Shown one piece after another: positions 19,770-24,080 of a stretch of DNA of 24,080 nucleotides. The DNA comes from Chiloscyllium plagiosum (lineage: Eukaryota): contig NC_057718.1 in assembly GCF_004010195.1 (NCBI RefSeq), forward strand, positions 86,082,683 through 86,106,762. Reading direction: 5' to 3'. Both the position numbers and the translations under genes were made by a program. The first letter of the stretch is position 1, and every line of letters begins with the position of its first letter. The notes beneath the pieces are model-generated. The model did no database searches. It was not told the DNA's origin and saw only the letters and a list, made by a program, of their open reading frames with translations.

Positions 19770-20530
19770 GCTGTGCGGGAGGTGTGTACATATGTTTCCC
19801 TTACAGTTTGTAAGGGTCTTTGTGTGTGGGGGGGTGGGCTTCATTGTCACAGCATTTCTGTGCGCGTGGATATGTGTGCATTCGGTATGTACATGGCTGT
19901 GTTTCTTTCTCTGTCAATTTGTCTGTATTTGTGTGTATTTACGTGTGTGTATATGTGTGTGTGCATATGTGTGTGTGTGTGCGTAGATTTGTTCTGATTT
20001 CTCAGTATGACTGTTAAATTTCACCAGATTGTGAAGGAGCCGTGCTCCGAAAACTAGTGCTTCCAAATAAACCTTTTGGACTGGAAACTGGTGTTATGCG
20101 ATTTTTAAATTTGTACAACCCAATCAAACAAACGCATCTACAAATCATCAGTATATCTGTATTTGTATGTGTGTGGATGTGTGTGTATTCTGTACATACA
20201 TGGGTGTGTCTCAGTCTGCCTGTTTTTCTGGGTGTATACGTGTATGTGCACATGTGTGAGTAGGTGTGCTCCCTTCTGCATCCTGATTTCCTTCCTGCGT
20301 TTATTGTGTGTGCAGGAATGTTGCTGTAGTCTTTGTGTAGATGCGTTCCCAGCTTTCAATTGGACGGTGTTATTGTGCGTCTATGCACGTGTGTGAGATG
20401 CATGTGTGTATGTTTGTGTGTATTTTTGTTTTCCAGTATGTTCCTATTTCTCACTTTGACAGTTTTTCTGTGTTATAGGTGTGTGTTCTGCGTGTATGTG
20501 TATGTGTGTGTGAAGGTGTGGGTGTGTTTC
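19770..20530 (+). repeat. Degenerate (TG)n-rich tract, interrupted at 20013-20147
   Basis: Runs such as GTGTGTGTATATGTGTGTGTGCATATGTGTGTGTGT on both sides of the insertion. Confidence 0.85.
20013..20147 (+). mobile_element. Short family B Penelope-type element with decayed hammerhead and 11-13 bp TSD
   Basis: CAC-CAGATTGTGA-A-GGAGC-CGT-GCTCC-GAAAACTA-GTG (20022-20059); body homologous to 10987-11050(-) and 11463-11520(+). TSD TCAGTATGACTGT 20002-14 / TCAGTATATCTGT 20148-60. Confidence 0.8.
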
Positions 20531-20601
20531 TGTGATCCGCTGGGTTGGCTGTCTCTGTCTGATCATGACATTCCCTCTCCTGAAAAAGTTCAAATGAACC
20601 C

Positions 20602-22155
20602 TTCAGCAGTTCACGGTGAACATATTGCTCTAAGTAGCGCATTTCTTGCAAGCTGGGAAATATCTAAATATCAATATCTGTACCTCCTGCACCCTGAGAG
20701 CTGAACTGTTACTCCAGTTCAAGGACCTAAGCCGAATGAACAAAGCAAGACAGGGAAATATTCAGTAAAAGGCAGGATTCCAGTTCTTCCATCCTTCTTT
20801 GAAACAAGGAGCTGTTTGTGTCCATACATAAATATTGTTACATATTGGATCATTAGGCCATACAGTGTGGGAGGGGAATTAGGCCATTCATCCCGAGTCG
20901 TTCTGGCATTTGATCATGAGGGAATTCTATTGTCCTGCATTCTCCCCTTAACTTTTGATTCCCTGATTAATCTCTGGAACCCATATATCTATGTTTTTAA
21001 TATATTTGTTGTGGACCAGACCAGACCTGGTTATTTACAGAGTACCGAATGAAACACAAACAAAAGAGAACAGAATACAGACTAACTTAACCTGTGCGAA
21101 AGCCCAACAGACTATCTCAACTTAATACTTGTTCTAAATTACTGCACAAATCCCCATAAACACCTCTTGGCAATACAGGTAAAATCAAACATACAATATT
21201 ACAGGAGAGATGTCAGAGAGAGATTCAGCTTGGAACAACTTCTTTCATGTAGCTGTTCTTTTTACCAGCAGTCTGAAAGACTGACTGCTTTCTAACACCA
21301 AATGAAACTAAACCAGACCAGAATAATGCTGAGCTTGGAGAATTGGCCACTCCCCTTTCATTGTGTTTTTTTTACTTGATTCAGCAGTTCACGGTGAACA
21401 TATTGCTCTAAGTAGCGCATTTCTTGCAAGCTGGGAAATATCTAAATATCAATATCTGTACCTCCTGCACCCTGAGAGCTGAACTGTTACTCCAGTTCAA
21501 GGACCTAAGCCGAATGAATAAAGCAAGACAGGGAAATATTCAGTAAAAGGCAGGATTCCAGTTCTTCCATCCTTCTTTGAAACAAGGAGCTGTTTGTGTC
21601 CATACATAAATATTGTTACATATTGGATCATTAGGCCATACAGTGTGGGAGAGAAATTAGGCCATTCATCCCGAGTCGTTCTGGCATTTGATCATGAGGT
21701 AATTCTATTGTCCTGCATTCTCCCCTTAACTTTTGATTCCCTGATTAATCTGGAACCCATATATCTCTGTTTTTAATATATTTGTTGTGGACCAGGCCAG
21801 ACCTGGTTATTTACAGAGTACCGAATGAAACACAAACAAAAGAGAACAGAATACAGACTAACTTAACCTGTGCGAAAGCCCAACAGACTATCTCAACTTA
21901 ATACTTGTTCTAAATTACTGCACAAATCCCCATAAACACCTCTTGGCAATACAGGTAAAATCAAACATACAATATTACAGGAGAGATGTCAGAGAGAGAT
22001 TCAGCTTGGAACAACTTCTTTCATGTAGCTGTTTTTTTTACCAGCAGTCTGAAAGACTGACTGCTTTCTAACACCAAACGAAACTAAACCAGACCAGAAT
22101 AATGCTGAGCTTGGAGAATTGGTCACTCCCCTTTCATTGTGTTTTTTTTACTTGA
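20602..22155 (+). repeat. Tandem duplication: 778-bp (20602-21379) and 776-bp (21380-22155) units
   Basis: Both units run TTCAGCAGTTCACGG...TTTTTTTTACTTGA. By eye about 9 substitutions and one 2-bp indel (TAATCTCTGG vs TAATCTGG). Confidence 0.97.
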
Positions 22156-22466
22156 AAGCCTTTTGTCTGAGGCAGTGTCCGTTAGCTATTGTGAAGTTGG
22201 CCCTAAAAACCCATAAAAACTAGACACCCCAGAACCGCTGCATTTATAAACAGTGTAAGAAAACAAAAGAATAACACAACTTTGGTAAAGGAGCAGCATC
22301 ATCACACACCTCAACATCCTGGTCTCCACAGTCCTCTGCGGCAATGATTTCCACAGATTAAACATTCTTTCACTGACGAAATTCATGCTCATCTCAGTTC
22401 CAATGGTTGTTCCCTTCAGTCTGAGGCTGTGCCCTCAGGTCCTAGTCTCTCTGACATGTGGAAACA
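21630..22466 (-). mobile_element. CR1 3' fragment split by an LTR-like insertion (pieces about 21630-21782 and 22307-22466; first piece also duplicated at about 20852-21006)
   Basis: ORF 22186-22392(-) MNFVSERMFNLWKSLPQRTVE (cf. NFFSQRVVNLWNSLPQxAVE). The left piece AGGCCATTCA.CCC...TTGATTCCC...ATCT.TGT.TT.AATATA continues it. Confidence 0.7.
21783..22306. mobile_element. Solo-LTR-like insertion (about 524 bp); its left ~373 bp is duplicated at 21007-21379
   Basis: Starts TGTTGTGG and ends TCATCACA; non-coding; CR1 homology stops just before and resumes just after it. TSD is degenerate. Confidence 0.55.
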
Positions 22467-23235
22467 GCTTACAAGTAGAAGCTGAAATGGGAGGACTCTT
22501 CACAAAAGGAAGTAAATGCTGGTCAGAGGCTGTGAATGACAGTCTCTGGGACTGTTTAGAATTGGTGAACTGGACCGTGTTAAAGCACTCAGCAGAAAAC
22601 CTGGATGAGTAAACACCACCATCACGGATGTCATTAGCAAATCCATGAAGGACTGCGTATTAAAGAAGTCAATCTGTGTGTTGCTCAAGTGTTCACCTTG
22701 GGTCAACCAGGAAAATCCACTCCCAACTGAAGATCAGACGGATAACATTCAAGAGGAAAGAGCCAGACCTAAACAGGAATCCAGATCTAACCTCCGCAGG
22801 GTCATCAGGGATGCCAAGAGGGAGGACCAGACACATGAGAGGGCCATACATACCAAACAGACTCCCACTGCCTATGGCAAGGCCTAAAGATCATTACGGG
22901 ATGCTAAATAAAGCAAATAACGAAAGCGGACAAAGACACATAACACTCTGAGGTGCTCAATGCTTTCTGTGCTCAGCTGAGCAAAATGCCAGGGGAGCAG
23001 TGACACCTGCTCCAACAGCCCCTGACACGACCGCACATGTCAGAACAGCTTTCCTGAGGGTCACCCCAAGGAAAGCGACAGTCTTCAATAGAGTCGCTGG
23101 CTGTACATTTCGATCCTGTATGGACCAACCGGCGGAGGTATTCACCAAAATCTTCAACATCTCCCTCCAACAAGTTGAACTCTCCATCTTCTTCAAGAAG
23201 ACCACCACCATCCCCGTATCTAAGAAAGCACATCC
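22467..23235 (+). mobile_element. Rex1/Babar-clade LINE fragment (post-endonuclease to RT N-terminus)
   Basis: CWSEAVNDSLWDCLELVNWTVLKHSAENLDE, DCVLKKSICV...PWVNQE, LRRVIRDAKR, VRTAFLRVTPRKAT...DQPAEVFTKIFNISLQQ...FKKTTTIPVSKK (cf. VNPRKAxGPDG...ADQLAxVFTxIFNLSL...FKxxxIIPVPKK). Confidence 0.8.
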
Positions 23236-23239
23236 AATG

Positions 23240-23335
23240 AGCCAACTTGTCTTCCCAAATATTTTTGTGTCATCTGCACACTTGGCAACAGTGCAATCAC
23301 TTCCTTCCTGCAAGTCCTTCATTTACACATTATTT
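23240..23335 (-). mobile_element. Short CR1 RT catalytic-motif fragment
   Basis: Minus strand MKDLQEGSDCTVAKCADDTKIFGK (cf. INDLDEGxECxVAKFADDTKIGG). Confidence 0.75.
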
Positions 23336-23615
23336 CATATTTTACTTGTATAATATACATAACGTATTGTTCTATGTTGGTGCTGTTTGTGTCTGTACAA
23401 ATATTTATGTGTATTGGAGCTGATTGTGTTTACATGTAATATTATTGTGCATATTAACGTTAATATTGTTAGTATTGGAGATGTTCGAGTTTATATCCAA
23501 ATATTGTTGTTTACTAGAAATGTTCATGTTTGTATGTATTTCCTGTTGTGTCATCTAACTTTTCCTATTTATACATCAATACTGTATTAGTTCATCTTAA
23601 AGTTGTGCCTTTCTT

Positions 23616-23695
23616 CTTCCAACCAGCAATACTGTCTCTGACCATGTAGGGATGCTTCCAACCAGCAATACTGTCTCTGACCATGTAGGGATGCT
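23616..23695 (+). repeat. Perfect 39-bp tandem duplication
   Basis: CTTCCAACCAGCAATACTGTCTCTGACCATGTAGGGATG at 23616-23654 and 23655-23693, followed by CT. Confidence 0.97.
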
Positions 23696-24080
23696 GCTGA
23701 GCTCCTCCAGGACTTTGGGACGGATCTGCAATCCCAGCACCGGCCAGAGGAGCGGCAGCACAGAGCAGCAGTGGTCCTGTGTTAGCGGTTATGGGGACTG
23801 ATCAGGCAGGGATACCCAGTCTCTGATTATTGTAGAGTAAACACATATTCTGGATGTGGGGGTGAGAGTGCAGGGCAATGCATTAAAGAGCACTGGAGAA
23901 AGAGAGATGGTTGAATTCGGATTTAGACAGTTTAAAAACTTGCAATAGGGAGATAATTCAATGGAGAATAATGGGGAGAGGATTAAATAGACAATAGGGA
24001 AGGGTTAAGTGGAGAGTAATAGGGAGAGAGCTGAATACAAGAAAAGGGAAAACGTTAAAGACAGAAAAGTTAGGGAAAGT

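Noticed and set aside
19324..20704. Cys/Val/Leu/Ser-rich ORFs resembling membrane or metal-binding proteins
   Set aside because: Translations of CT and TG low-complexity tracts.
20816..21776. Duplicated small gene (MCPYINIVTYW...)
   Set aside because: Non-ATG starts, overlaps antisense CR1 3' UTR, and the frame is broken by a 2-bp indel between the copies.

Overview
Eukaryotic, repeat-dense vertebrate DNA, most likely an elasmobranch (shark); this is inferred from an HE1-type SINE, the CR1 subfamilies and a GPR139/142-like receptor of the kind expanded in cartilaginous fishes. I see no intact protein-coding gene. Contents: (1) a decayed PIF/Harbinger DNA transposon with convergent transposase (+) and Myb/SANT (-) remnants (about 110-3985), interrupted by an assembly gap, a CR1 fragment and a degenerate (CCCTAA)n array; (2) many LINE fragments (CR1, Tx1/L1, Rex1/Babar), including one near-full-length dead CR1 (about 12860-17352) and an older CR1 5' half on the minus strand; (3) solo-LTR-like elements; (4) a disrupted GPR139-like GPCR exon (18065-18921); (5) a 778/776-bp tandem duplication and two short perfect duplications. 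The most interesting signal is a set of about 8 short non-coding Penelope-type elements, most with a minimal hammerhead-ribozyme motif (CUGANGA-A-stem II-GAA-palindrome-H). One copy (7201-7234) has an intact core, two have inverted-terminus structure, and three have 11-13 bp target-site duplications. Family assignments rest on motif recognition by eye, not database searches, and boundaries of old elements are approximate.
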